The notes beneath the pieces were generated by a model. It did no database searches and was not told the origin of the DNA. It was given only the letters and a program-made list of their open reading frames with translations. Both the position numbers and the translations under genes were made by a program. From NCBI GenBank assembly GCA_965247485.1, contig OZ252017.1, positions 366,478 through 430,477 of the forward strand: DNA of 64,000 nt, written 5' to 3'. The DNA comes from Dehalococcoidia bacterium (GTDB lineage Bacteria; Chloroflexota; Dehalococcoidia; DSTF01; WHTK01). Shown one piece after another: positions 47,871 to 57,537 of the stretch; position 1 is the first letter of the stretch; each line of letters opens with the position of its first letter.

Positions 47871-49037
47871 CTACGCGACCTTTCTCAGCCCGACCAGAAT
47901 TGAAATCTCGCTTCCATGACTTTTGACGCTACATTCCTTGCCAAACACTTCCTCGGCTGCTTTGACAAGTTCATCCGGGTCTAGCGGATCAGAGAGCAGG
48001 TTCAGCCCGACAGATATGCTGCTGGATGAGTGATTTATCAGCGCGGCCTGAGCCGACTGCTGCACCCGATTTAGGGTCTCAAAAACCTGTACCAGTTCGA
48101 CACGGCCATCGGTATTCTCAATAATTAGCACCGGTGGCTTGACGTCCAAGTCATCTGAAACGCGCCCCTCCGCTCCTGCCATTGAAGCCATAAGAATCGA
48201 GCGCGGTTCCTCGGGCTTGGACGCCTCGGCAGGATTTGCGTCGCCGCCAATTTCGGCCCGAGCCTGCTCCACGGCCCGGCGCACTTCTTCCCTGCGGTCC
48301 TCTTCCTCTGCTGAGGGCTCGGTTGCACTTTCTGAGGCCGAATCAGTCGTCGAACGGTTAATTTCTAGGCTGTGTTCTACCTCAAGCGTGGACTGCTCAT
48401 CATCTGATTCGACTGATCCATGCTCTGGTGTCTTGGCGGCAAAATCCGTCTGGGTTCGAAGCTCTTCGGACATCGGAGGCCAATTGATTGTCGGTTCCGC
48501 TAGCGGAGGAGTTTCAACGCCAGGAATCTCCGATGAATCGACAGCTGACTCTACTTCCTGAGCCTGCTGAGCATCCTCTGATTCTAGTGGTCCGTCATCG
48601 ATCTCAGCTCTGACCTGTGCGATGGCTCGTTTGACTTCTTCCCTGGCGGCTTCAGCATCCTTTTGGGGCGTCTCAGATCTGGATTCATCCTGGCTGATCT
48701 CAGCCTTGGCCTCCTCCACCGCCCTTCTGACATGGTCCCGGCTGGTTTCCATCGCCATGGACTCGTCCAGATGATCGCCACCGGCTTGGACGTCATCGGC
48801 TTCCGGGACTGGAGTTGCGCCGGCTGTGGCGTGCGGTTCGGGTGCCTCGGACTGCCCTACAGGCAGATAGAGGTCAGGCACGCTCTGCTTTTCTTCAATG
48901 GCCGCCGCGAGCTTGCCCACGCTGGCACGCACGTGATCGAGGCCGGACGCCAGCGAACCCATAGCATCCTCGAGTTCTTTTACTGCCGCCAGAAGGTGAT
49001 CGGTGTCAGACGTTTCGGGTTTGTTGTTTTCGATCAT
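47871..49037 (-). CDS. Acidic low-complexity protein with three helical repeats
   Basis: HVRRAVEEAKAEI / EVKRAIAQVRAEI / EVRRAVEQARAEI repeats; start ATG 49037 or GTG 49064. Confidence 0.7.
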   Translation of the reverse strand: MIENNKPETSDTDHLLAAVKELEDAMGSLASGLDHVRASVGKLAAAIEEKQSVPDLYLPVGQSEAPEPHATAGATPVPEADDVQAGGDHLDESMAMETSRDHVRRAVEEAKAEISQDESRSETPQKDAEAAREEVKRAIAQVRAEIDDGPLESEDAQQAQEVESAVDSSEIPGVETPPLAEPTINWPPMSEELRTQTDFAAKTPEHGSVESDDEQSTLEVEHSLEINRSTTDSASESATEPSAEEEDRREEVRRAVEQARAEIGGDANPAEASKPEEPRSILMASMAGAEGRVSDDLDVKPPVLIIENTDGRVELVQVFETLNRVQQSAQAALINHSSSSISVGLNLLSDPLDPDELVKAAEEVFGKECSVKSHGSEISILVGLRKVA

Positions 49038-49460
49038 TCCAGAACAATCCTTCGAATATTCCACACATTATTTTCGACCGCCAGGCGCTACTTCTGAAGG
49101 ACGTTTCGAACCCGACGAATCGGCAAGTTTCCCTGAAAACTGAATCTGCTCCGCTGTTGCTCTCTCCGGCCGCTAAACGGTTCACCGCCATTCCCCGAGT
49201 TGAAACCCGCCGATGGATAAAGAAAAAACTAGACAGCGACCGCGCGTCGCTGCACGTCTACAGAGTCTGTGTGGTCAAAAAATTGTGTTCTGCACTCACC
49301 TTTCCAGCTACAATGCGCACGTCGAGTCAGGTATCTCTGGATCGACAAAAGTGAAGTGGACCGGGGCCATTGCACGCGGCCATGACTTGCCGGCCGGAGT
49401 CGTAACCATCTTCATTGGCTCCAGCTTGAAGGCCTTTGACGAAAGGAAAAACCAAGCGAA

Positions 49461-50117
49461 ATGCCAGCCTCAGTAGTTGCTCTCTCTGTACAAGCGGGTT
49501 CAGGTGGCTTTGACATCGCTCGCCAAGTTGCCGACCAGCTAGGCTTTCGTTATTACGACTGGGAAATAACCTCGGAGGCCGCCGCCCGGGCCGGAGTCTC
49601 TCCAACCGAAGTGATTGCATCCGAACACATGCCCGGCTTTTTCGAACGGATCATGCGCCGTCTTGCCGCCTCATCCACGGTGACGCTGGAGGGTGGAGGG
49701 GCGCTGGCCGAGCCATCGCCGGCCATTTGGGCGACCGCTCTCCAAAGCATGGACTCGGATGAGTACCGGCCTTTTATCGAAAAAGTAATCCTTGAGCTTG
49801 CTGATCAGGGCGATGCGGTTATCGTCGGTCATGCGGCCCAGCACATCCTCCGTGAACAACCCGGTGTCCTGAAGGTTATGCTCCACGGGGCAGCAAAGGA
49901 ACGCGCGGAGCGTCTTTCCGGAGAGCAAGAGCTCAACTTTGAACAGGCTCTCACAAATATCAATCAGCTCGACAAGGATCGCGGCGACCTCCTGAAGAAG
50001 CTCTACAAGTTTGACTTGCTGGATGTCAGGAAATATGACCTGACGCTGAGCACTGATCAGATTAGACCTGACACGGCAATCGAGACCATCATGGCTGCGG
50101 TCAGGGGTTTGTCCTAG
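49461..50117 (+). CDS. Cytidylate kinase-like family protein
   Basis: SVQAGSGG, LGFRYYD, VIVGH, YDLTLST. Confidence 0.82.
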   Translation: MPASVVALSVQAGSGGFDIARQVADQLGFRYYDWEITSEAAARAGVSPTEVIASEHMPGFFERIMRRLAASSTVTLEGGGALAEPSPAIWATALQSMDSDEYRPFIEKVILELADQGDAVIVGHAAQHILREQPGVLKVMLHGAAKERAERLSGEQELNFEQALTNINQLDKDRGDLLKKLYKFDLLDVRKYDLTLSTDQIRPDTAIETIMAAVRGLS

Positions 50118-50315
50118 CGGTCAACCGCCGCATCAGGACAGAACCAGCGATTAGCTCACCGCTCAGCCAAACCCAACCTTTAGCCGTGGGCCTACTCAGG
50201 GCCAGGCTCATTATTTGAAGAATTTGGTTCACCTACCAGCCTCCTGATTTTTTCTTTCCGAGGACCACCCATGCTACGCTCTGACTGCTTGGTTTATCGG
50301 GAGAAGGATTCGTTC

Positions 50316-51020
50316 TTGACTGATCCCATCCATCTGCAAAGGCTCGGAACTGTCGACTACGAGACAGCCTGCCGCTGGCAAAAGCAGACCGCCGAAATCG
50401 TGCGTGAGGGTGGCGAAGATGTTTTGGCCTTGCTCCAGCATCCGCCGGTTTTTACTTTCGGGCGCCGGATTCGGCCGCAGCACTTGCTTGTGACAGCGGC
50501 CGAACTACAGAGCCGTCGCGCAAGCCTTGTTGAAAGCGAGAGGGGCGGAGATATCACCTTCCATGGGCCAGGCCAGTTGGTAGCCTACCCGATCATTAAC
50601 CTCAAGCAACGACACCTCGGACCCAAGGCCTATGTGTGCCAGTTAGAAGAAACCATGATTCAGGCCTTAGCCACGCTTGGCCTGCGGAGTAGGTCGATCA
50701 CAGGCCGCCCGGGAGTTTGGCTTGATGGCGAAAAAGTCGGGGCCATTGGCGTGCGGGTCCGCGACGGCGTAACCACTCACGGCTTCGCCCTCAATGTCGA
50801 GACTGACCTTTCCTGGTTTGAATCGATCATCGCCTGCGGTTTGAAAGACGCCGCAGTGACCAGCATCGAACGGGCCCTTGGATTCAGCCCGGGTCTCAGA
50901 GTGGTCGAAGATGCCATCGCCGGTGCCTTTGCCACGGTTTTCGACTGCAGTCTGGAGGAGGGCACCTCAGCCTCCGGACTGTCTCGCAGCTTCGCGACGG
51001 TGTTGGCTGATGGTGTCTAG
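50316..51020 (+). CDS. lipB: Octanoyltransferase LipB
   Basis: QHPPVFTFGR, RGGDITFHGPGQL, HGFALN, IIACG; start uncertain (50271 or TTG 50316). Confidence 0.93.
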   Translation: MTDPIHLQRLGTVDYETACRWQKQTAEIVREGGEDVLALLQHPPVFTFGRRIRPQHLLVTAAELQSRRASLVESERGGDITFHGPGQLVAYPIINLKQRHLGPKAYVCQLEETMIQALATLGLRSRSITGRPGVWLDGEKVGAIGVRVRDGVTTHGFALNVETDLSWFESIIACGLKDAAVTSIERALGFSPGLRVVEDAIAGAFATVFDCSLEEGTSASGLSRSFATVLADGV

Positions 51021-51912
51021 CCCTCGGTCGCCGAAGCCGGAGTGGCTGAAGGTTCGCTTCCCCGCCGGAGAGCGCTTTAGCGAGATCAAGGGTCTGATGC
51101 GCCAACATGACCTTCATACCGTCTGCGAGGAAGCCCGCTGCCCAAACATCGGCGAGTGCTTCAACCAAGGTGAGGCCACTTTCATGATTCTCGGCGATAT
51201 CTGTACTCGCTCCTGTGGCTTCTGCTCCGTGACCTCTGGCCGGCCAAAGGCTGTTGACTTGGTGGAACCCTTGCGTCTCGCCAGTACCGTAAAGACCCTT
51301 GGCCTAGACTACGCCGTGATCACATCCGTCAACCGCGACGACCTGCCCGACGGTGGCGCCGGCGTCTTCGCGGCCTGCATTCGAGCGATCCACCACCGTT
51401 CGCCATCCTGCCAGGTTGAGGTTTTGGTTCCCGATTTTGAGGGTAATTCGAACGCTCTCGAGACAGTGATTGAAGCCGGACCAATCGTTCTCAACCACAA
51501 CACCGAGACGGTGCCAAGGCTCTACGCTCAGGTCCGCCCAAAAGCTCGCTACGAGCGCTCACTAGATCTAATCAGCCGCGTCAAAGAGATCGACCCCGAG
51601 CTGACAACCAAATCCGGCATCATGGTTGGACTTGGTGAAACTCTCAAAGAAATCGTTGAAACAATGAGTGATCTGCGCGACCACCAATGTGACCTGATCA
51701 CGGTTGGGCAGTACCTTCAGCCAGACCAGAAGCACTTGCCGGTCGATCGTTATTATCACCCTGATGAGTTCGCCGAGATTAAAGCCATTGGTGAGCGACT
51801 AGGCTTTAGTCACATCGAGTCTGGGCCCTTCGTGCGCAGCTCATACCACGCGGGGGAGCAGGCGCGCGCCGCCGCCGTGTCTCGGCCGGAATCTGACCGC
51901 CAAAATGGCTGA
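51010..51912 (+). CDS. lipA: Lipoyl synthase
   Basis: CEEARCPNIGEC, CTRSCGFC, RSSY. Confidence 0.96.
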   Translation: MVSSPRSPKPEWLKVRFPAGERFSEIKGLMRQHDLHTVCEEARCPNIGECFNQGEATFMILGDICTRSCGFCSVTSGRPKAVDLVEPLRLASTVKTLGLDYAVITSVNRDDLPDGGAGVFAACIRAIHHRSPSCQVEVLVPDFEGNSNALETVIEAGPIVLNHNTETVPRLYAQVRPKARYERSLDLISRVKEIDPELTTKSGIMVGLGETLKEIVETMSDLRDHQCDLITVGQYLQPDQKHLPVDRYYHPDEFAEIKAIGERLGFSHIESGPFVRSSYHAGEQARAAAVSRPESDRQNG

Positions 51913-53305
51913 ATATGACCTGGCGATCATCGGCTCTGGCCCCGGCGGCTACGTGGCCGCCATCAGAGCTGCCCAACTCGGTCTCCGCGCCGCCGTAATC
52001 GAGAAAGACGCCATCGGCGGTCTTTGCCTCAACTGGGGCTGCATCCCCAGCAAGGCGCTGCTCTACTGCGCTGAGTTGGTAAACCTGTTCCAGCGCGGTT
52101 CCGAATTTGGCATTGGCTTTAGCGATTTTTCTGCAGACCTCGGCGTCGCCATCGACCGCAGCCGCGACATCGTCGCCACCTTCGTCAAGGGAATCGAGAC
52201 TCTATTGAGCCAAAACAAGGTGACGGTCCTTAGAGGCACCGCGCGGATCACAGCCCCCAATAGCATCGAACTCCTACCCAGCAACGAGACTGTCCAAGCC
52301 AAGAACATTCTGATTGCCACAGGGGGCCATACCCGCTCATTACCCGATGTGCCGATCGATGGCGAGCGAGTGATTACCAGCCGCGAAGCCTTAGAGCTGC
52401 GCGACCGTCCATCCTCGATCATCATCGTCGGCGGTGGTCCAATAGGCGTTGAGTTCAGTTACCTGTACCGCTCTTACGGAGCCGACGTGACAATAATCGA
52501 AGCCCTTCCTCGTCTTTTGCCCAGTGAGGATGATGATGTTAGCCGGCAAATCGAACGCTCATTCAAGGCCCAGGGCATAAAGATCGAGACCTCCGCTCGC
52601 GTAGACGGTGTTGTCGCGACGGAAGCTGGAGTCACCCTCGCCATAACTGCCGGCGACCGGAGCCAAGAGTTGCAGGCGGAGAAAGTGCTTATCGGCGTTG
52701 GCTTTGGCGGCAACACTGAAGACTTGGGATTGGAAGACCTTGGCGTGGAACTCGAAAACGGATTCATAAGAGTTGACGACTACTGTCAGACCAACCTGCC
52801 GGGAGTCTGGGCTATCGGCGACGTCACCGGCAAGTTGCTGCTTGCCCACGTAGCATCACACCAGGGGGTCACAGCGGTTGAAAAGATCGCTGGCAGGAAC
52901 CCCAAGCCGCTGGATTACCAACAAATTCCGCGGGCAGTGTACTGCCAGCCTCAAGTGGCAAGCCTGGGACTCACTGAAGCTCAGGCTCGCGAGCGAGGCC
53001 ACGATGTACGTACGGGCCGTTTCCCTTTTCGAGCCAACGGGAAGGCAATGGCCGCCGCTGATACCGAAGGGTTTGTAAAGGTTGTTTCTGATCGACTGTC
53101 GGGAGCAATCCTTGGCTACCACATGATCGGCCATGACGTTACTGAAATGCTCGGCGAAGCGACGCTTGGAAATGCACTGAATGCGACCAATCTGGACTTC
53201 AGTGTGGCCGTCCACGCCCATCCAACCCTATCGGAGGCGATCAAAGAAGCGGCCTTGGCGCTCGACGGCGAGGCAATTCACTTTTTTTCTAAACCACGCG
53301 ACTAG
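51905..53305 (+). CDS. lpdA: Dihydrolipoyl dehydrogenase
   Basis: GSGPGG, CLNWGC, HPTLSE. Confidence 0.96.
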   Translation: MAEYDLAIIGSGPGGYVAAIRAAQLGLRAAVIEKDAIGGLCLNWGCIPSKALLYCAELVNLFQRGSEFGIGFSDFSADLGVAIDRSRDIVATFVKGIETLLSQNKVTVLRGTARITAPNSIELLPSNETVQAKNILIATGGHTRSLPDVPIDGERVITSREALELRDRPSSIIIVGGGPIGVEFSYLYRSYGADVTIIEALPRLLPSEDDDVSRQIERSFKAQGIKIETSARVDGVVATEAGVTLAITAGDRSQELQAEKVLIGVGFGGNTEDLGLEDLGVELENGFIRVDDYCQTNLPGVWAIGDVTGKLLLAHVASHQGVTAVEKIAGRNPKPLDYQQIPRAVYCQPQVASLGLTEAQARERGHDVRTGRFPFRANGKAMAAADTEGFVKVVSDRLSGAILGYHMIGHDVTEMLGEATLGNALNATNLDFSVAVHAHPTLSEAIKEAALALDGEAIHFFSKPRD

Positions 53306-53396
53306 CAAAATTCTGCCTCCAATTCCGCAATTCCACGCCGCGCCTGGCGTTGGCGGGTTCCTTGACTCCAAAAAGGGTCTGCATAACACGCAATGA

Positions 53397-53990
53397 ATGC
53401 GGACCACGCGGGCAGCATTTGTCCGATCAGAGACTAACAACGCCATCCTTCTTGGCAGCAGCGACCAAGTTGAGCGACTGCGCAATTCCGCGAAAGCCGG
53501 CAGTAGTTCGAAGAACATCCTGCTTGAATTGGTTCGCCAAGGCCGGTTCTCAGACGCCCGCGAGTGGAAGTTCTGGGATCAAGCCAACACGAGCGTCTCA
53601 GCCCCTGGCCTTCTGCCGGTTAGTGTCTTCGAAATGGACCAGGAGCAGCTTCCCGGCTTGGAAAAGGAGATCCAGGAGCATGGACCGCCAGAAATTCTCT
53701 GGGTTGAAGGTCCCCACAATCCAGCCTACCTAAAAAGAATCTTTGAACTCTGCGAATCAAGCTTTAAGGTTGTCTATTCCAAGGACTGGAAACCTTGGAA
53801 GATTGAAAACCTCACCGCCTTCGACCTCTGTCTGGTCGACGAAGAATCGCAGGCCGAAAGAATTCATCGTAAGGCGCCGGCGCTGCCATGCGGGGTTTGG
53901 GACAAGCTGATCAATTAGGAGACCGCGTACTATCCCATCGACTGCCAGAAGGAATTCGCCCTCTGCTACTTCTTGCGGGGCCAGAAGTAA
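53397..53990 (+). pseudogene. Truncated glycosyltransferase-like gene remnant
   Basis: In-frame TAG at 53916; the frame continues ETAYYPIDCQKEFALCY, then ends abruptly. Confidence 0.5.
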
Positions 53991-54294
53991 GCCGCACCTC
54001 CTGGAGGTAAGTCCCTTCTCCGTTCCGGCCGCGAGCAATTCCTGCTTCGGAGCGAAGCTCGGCCGAAGCTAGAAGCTGGTCCCCATCTTTAGGCTCGGTG
54101 AACGTCCACTGCACGACACAGCGGCGTCCCGGCCAGTAGCGCACATACGACCGCTGCACCTCCCACCCGTCGAGTGGCAACCCCGAAAGTGCGCCCACGG
54201 CTTCCGTGACGTACGGCGGCGCCCCCCGCACCGCGGGGAATTCATCAAGACCCGGTAGGGCTGGAGCTTCAGGCTTCGAACTAAAAGTTCTCAT
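53975..54294 (-). pseudogene. N-terminal fragment of a phosphotransferase (APH-like) family gene
   Basis: VRYWPGRRCVV motif, no kinase catalytic region; collides with the convergent remnant. Confidence 0.5.
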
Positions 54295-54468
54295 GGAGTC
54301 CGTAAGAGAATGCCAGATTCTCGCCCTCTCAACCAATATCTCCTCAAACCTAGGTCAATTTGGACGGCAGAATATTGATTAAATTGAGACCAGTCGGCGC
54401 TCCTATCCCTATCATGCCCCCTGGATGTTTGGTAACCTACGTCGATAGGGATAGAAAAGGAGTGTCAG

Positions 54469-54948
54469 TTGATCGAAGGCGTACGCGTCGTTCCGCTTGA
54501 GCGTCACATTGATGACCGCGGTTACCTCTACGAAGTTATTCACGCGACCGATGACTTCCTGCCGAAATTTGGCCTAACCTACGTCGTTGGTTCGCCAACC
54601 CGGAACACCATCCGAGGTTTCCACCGCCATGACCTGCTCTGAGACTACTTCTGTGTGGTCAAGGGTGCGGGAAAGTTCCTCGTGGCTAGCGCGCCTGATG
54701 CGGAGACTATGGCGGCGTCGAACTCGGGCAAATCTGTAACGCCGGCGGCCTTGGAAAGCTTCGTTCTCAGTGATCTCAAGCCCGGCGTGCTGATTGTCCC
54801 GCATAGTAACTGGCACGGCTGGATGTCGCTCGAGGATGCCACGATTGTAGTCTCAACCGGTTCCGAAGTTTATAGCCAGAAAAATCCCGACGAATTCCGC
54901 GTTTCTCCAGACGTTTTTGGCGATGTCTGGACCGTGAAGGGACGCTAG
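54469..54948 (+). pseudogene. dTDP-4-dehydrorhamnose 3,5-epimerase (RmlC-like cupin) with internal TGA
   Basis: AAGGAG RBS, TTG, IEGV...DDRG...IRGFHRHDLL*DYFCVVKG; stop at 54640. Confidence 0.8.
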
Positions 54949-54950
54949 CC

Positions 54951-56003
54951 ATGCAAGTGCTGGTTACCGGCGGTGCCGGCTATATCGGCTCCGTTCTCGT
55001 GCGGCGCTTGCTTCTGCGAGGCCACAAAGTCCGTGTCTTGGACCGGCTCTATTGGGGCCTTGATCCGATCAATAAAGTCATCGATAACCTGGAAATCATT
55101 CACGCCGACGTTCGTGAAATTCAGGATCAGTGGTTCGAGGACGTCGACAGCGTTATTCACCTTGCCGGTCTCTCTAACGATCCAACCGCCAATTTTGACC
55201 CGGCCGCGAATTGGGAAATGAACGCCGTGGCCACGGCCGACGTGGCCGCGGCTTGCCGCAGAACCGGCGTCAGACGTCTGGTTTTCGGATCTAGTTGCTC
55301 GTTGTACGACGGCCTGCCGGACGGCGCCGTCTATGACGAAGAAGCACCGATTGCGCCGCGCGGACCCTATGCCGAGTCAAAGCGTTTCGGCGAAGAAGCA
55401 TTGCTGGAATTGGCCGGACCTGATTTCTGCCCGGTGATTTTGCGCCAGGGAACCGTGTATGGCTTCAGCCACCGCATGCGTTTCGATCTCGTGGTCAACA
55501 CCTTTGTCAAAGATGCCTTGACCCGGGGGAAACTGATGCTTCACGGCGGAGGCTCAATGTGGCGACCGCTGGTCGACGTGCAGGATGCTGCCGACGTTCA
55601 GATTGCCTGCATCGAAGCGCGGGACCAGGATGTTTGTGGCCAAATTTTCAACGTCGTCCAGGATAACTACCAGATTCGCCAATTGGCGGAGCTCGTGGCC
55701 GAGGTGGTTGGCCGCTTCCGCGAGAACGTCGAACTTAGCATTGCTCCCGAACCTCCCTTGGTGCGCAACTACCAATGCTCCAGCGAAAAGCTGTTCCAGA
55801 CGCTAGGCGTCCGGCCCACTCGCAGTGTTCGCGAGTCCGCCGACAACATGGCAGAGATCTTTAACGGGATGGAAAACGGCGCGTTCAGCAACTCCAAGTA
55901 CTACAACCTGGATTGGATGGTTCTCCTCAACGAAGTCCATGCCAGTCTTCGACCCTTTGACTACGTTCTGCGACGCGACGAAGCGACTCGCTGGAAAGAA
56001 TAA
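54951..56003 (+). CDS. NAD-dependent nucleotide-sugar epimerase/dehydratase
   Basis: TGGAGYIG, SSCSLY, YAESK, RMRFDLVVN. Confidence 0.9.
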   Translation: MQVLVTGGAGYIGSVLVRRLLLRGHKVRVLDRLYWGLDPINKVIDNLEIIHADVREIQDQWFEDVDSVIHLAGLSNDPTANFDPAANWEMNAVATADVAAACRRTGVRRLVFGSSCSLYDGLPDGAVYDEEAPIAPRGPYAESKRFGEEALLELAGPDFCPVILRQGTVYGFSHRMRFDLVVNTFVKDALTRGKLMLHGGGSMWRPLVDVQDAADVQIACIEARDQDVCGQIFNVVQDNYQIRQLAELVAEVVGRFRENVELSIAPEPPLVRNYQCSSEKLFQTLGVRPTRSVRESADNMAEIFNGMENGAFSNSKYYNLDWMVLLNEVHASLRPFDYVLRRDEATRWKE

Positions 56004-56893
56004 ATGGGCCGCGTAGCCCTAATCGGCAGCAACGGCCAACTGGGCACAGACATCATGCGCCTGTGGGGCGCCTCAAGCCTTTCCGCGGAGAACAACGGCA
56101 TCGTCGCGCTCGTCCACGCTGACATCGAAGTCCAGGATCCGGATCAGGTCCGCTCCGTCCTTAACGGAATCCAGCCTACCGCCGTAATCAACACCGCGGC
56201 CTTCCATCGCGTGGATGACGGCGAGCTAACGCCAACGGAAGCCCTTTCCGTAAACAGCCTCGGGTAAAGAACCTGGCTGAAACCTGCCGTGAACTGGGAG
56301 CGGCCCTGCTGCATGTCAGCACTGACTATGTTTTCGATGGCGCATCAGGCTCGCCGTACGACGAATCCGACTCACCAAGTCCCGTCAGCGCTTATGGCGT
56401 CTCCAAAGCAGCAGGCGAGCAGTTCCTGCGCTACTTGCTTCCCAACGACCACATTTTGGTGCGCTCTTCCGGCCTCTACGGCACCGCAGGCGCCAGCGGC
56501 AAGGGCGGAAACTTTGTCGAAACCATGCTCAAGTTGGCCGCCGCGGGTAAGAGCATTCGCGTGGTAAATGACCAGGTGCTGTCACCTACTTATACCCCTG
56601 ACCTGGCCGAGACCATTCTGGATATCATCGCCAAGAATGGCCGCGGCACATTTCATGTTACAAACTCCGGCCAATGCTCATGGTTTGAATTCGCGGCAGA
56701 AATCTTCGCCCAGTCGGGTGCGCAAGCCAGCCTCTCACCGGTTACTTCAGCCGAATACGGCGCACTGGCTCGCAGGCCGGCCTACTCAGTGCTGCGAAAC
56801 AGTAGATTGAGCGAGCTTCCCATCCCACAACTGCGACCGTGGCAGCAGGCATTGACGCACTATCTGACGACAAAAGAACGTAGCGGTCCATAG
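56004..56893 (+). pseudogene. rmlD: dTDP-4-dehydrorhamnose reductase with a 1-nt deletion
   Basis: GSNGQLG...NSLG|KNLAETC...HVSTDYVFDG...YGVSK; one G missing at 56262-56264. Confidence 0.85.
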
Positions 56894-56929
56894 GCCAGAT
56901 TATGGCACCCCACGCTGGCGCAGCCAAAG

Positions 56930-57466
56930 CTACTTCAAGCGTTTGATCATCCGGTAGGACATTTCTTCTTGCCGATCGCGGCTGCCGTCGTCATTAAAGC
57001 GCAGCCAAGAGTTGAGGAACGCTCCGCCGACGCGGCGAAAGCCGAGACGGTGATAAAGGCGGCGAGCCGGATTTTCGACATAAACTTCAAGGGTGACGCG
57101 GTCGCAATCCCGCAGACGAGCCTCCTCGATCACGAAATTGACGATCGCTGCTCCAATTCCACGGCCGCGGAGTTCAGTCGCCACTTCGAGGGCAAAAAGG
57201 TGTAAGGAGCGATGGACATCGCGAACCTCACGAATGCTGACGGTGCCAACCAGCACTCCCTCTACCTCGACCCCTAGCAATTCGCGGTATCCCGAGTCTT
57301 GCTCTCGCCAGCGGTTTGCAATTTGAGCTTCGCTCGTCTCTTCAATTGCCTCGGCCAGTGGTCGCATCTCATGATGACGCAACGGCCGCACCTGGACAGA
57401 CTCGCTTGAAACTTGGCTCACGACGGCGTGCTTCAGCAGAAATGCTCCTTTGCCCGACTGAATCAT
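56930..57466 (-). CDS. GNAT acetyltransferase
   Basis: RGRGIG, NPARRLYHRLGF; true start may be CTG 57439/57436 after AAGGAG. Confidence 0.85.
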   Translation of the reverse strand: MIQSGKGAFLLKHAVVSQVSSESVQVRPLRHHEMRPLAEAIEETSEAQIANRWREQDSGYRELLGVEVEGVLVGTVSIREVRDVHRSLHLFALEVATELRGRGIGAAIVNFVIEEARLRDCDRVTLEVYVENPARRLYHRLGFRRVGGAFLNSWLRFNDDGSRDRQEEMSYRMIKRLK

Positions 57467-57537
57467 AGCCGAGCAGCGGCCATACCCGCATTGACGCGCC
57501 GCAAAGCTGCCCAGGATAATAATTAGGAGATAGTGTC

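Noticed and set aside
53916-54642. Stop-codon readthrough or alternative genetic code (in-frame TAG and TGA)
   Set aside because: TAG and TGA terminate many intact genes in the window, the positions look like Tyr/Trp, and a frameshift nearby fits pseudogenisation better
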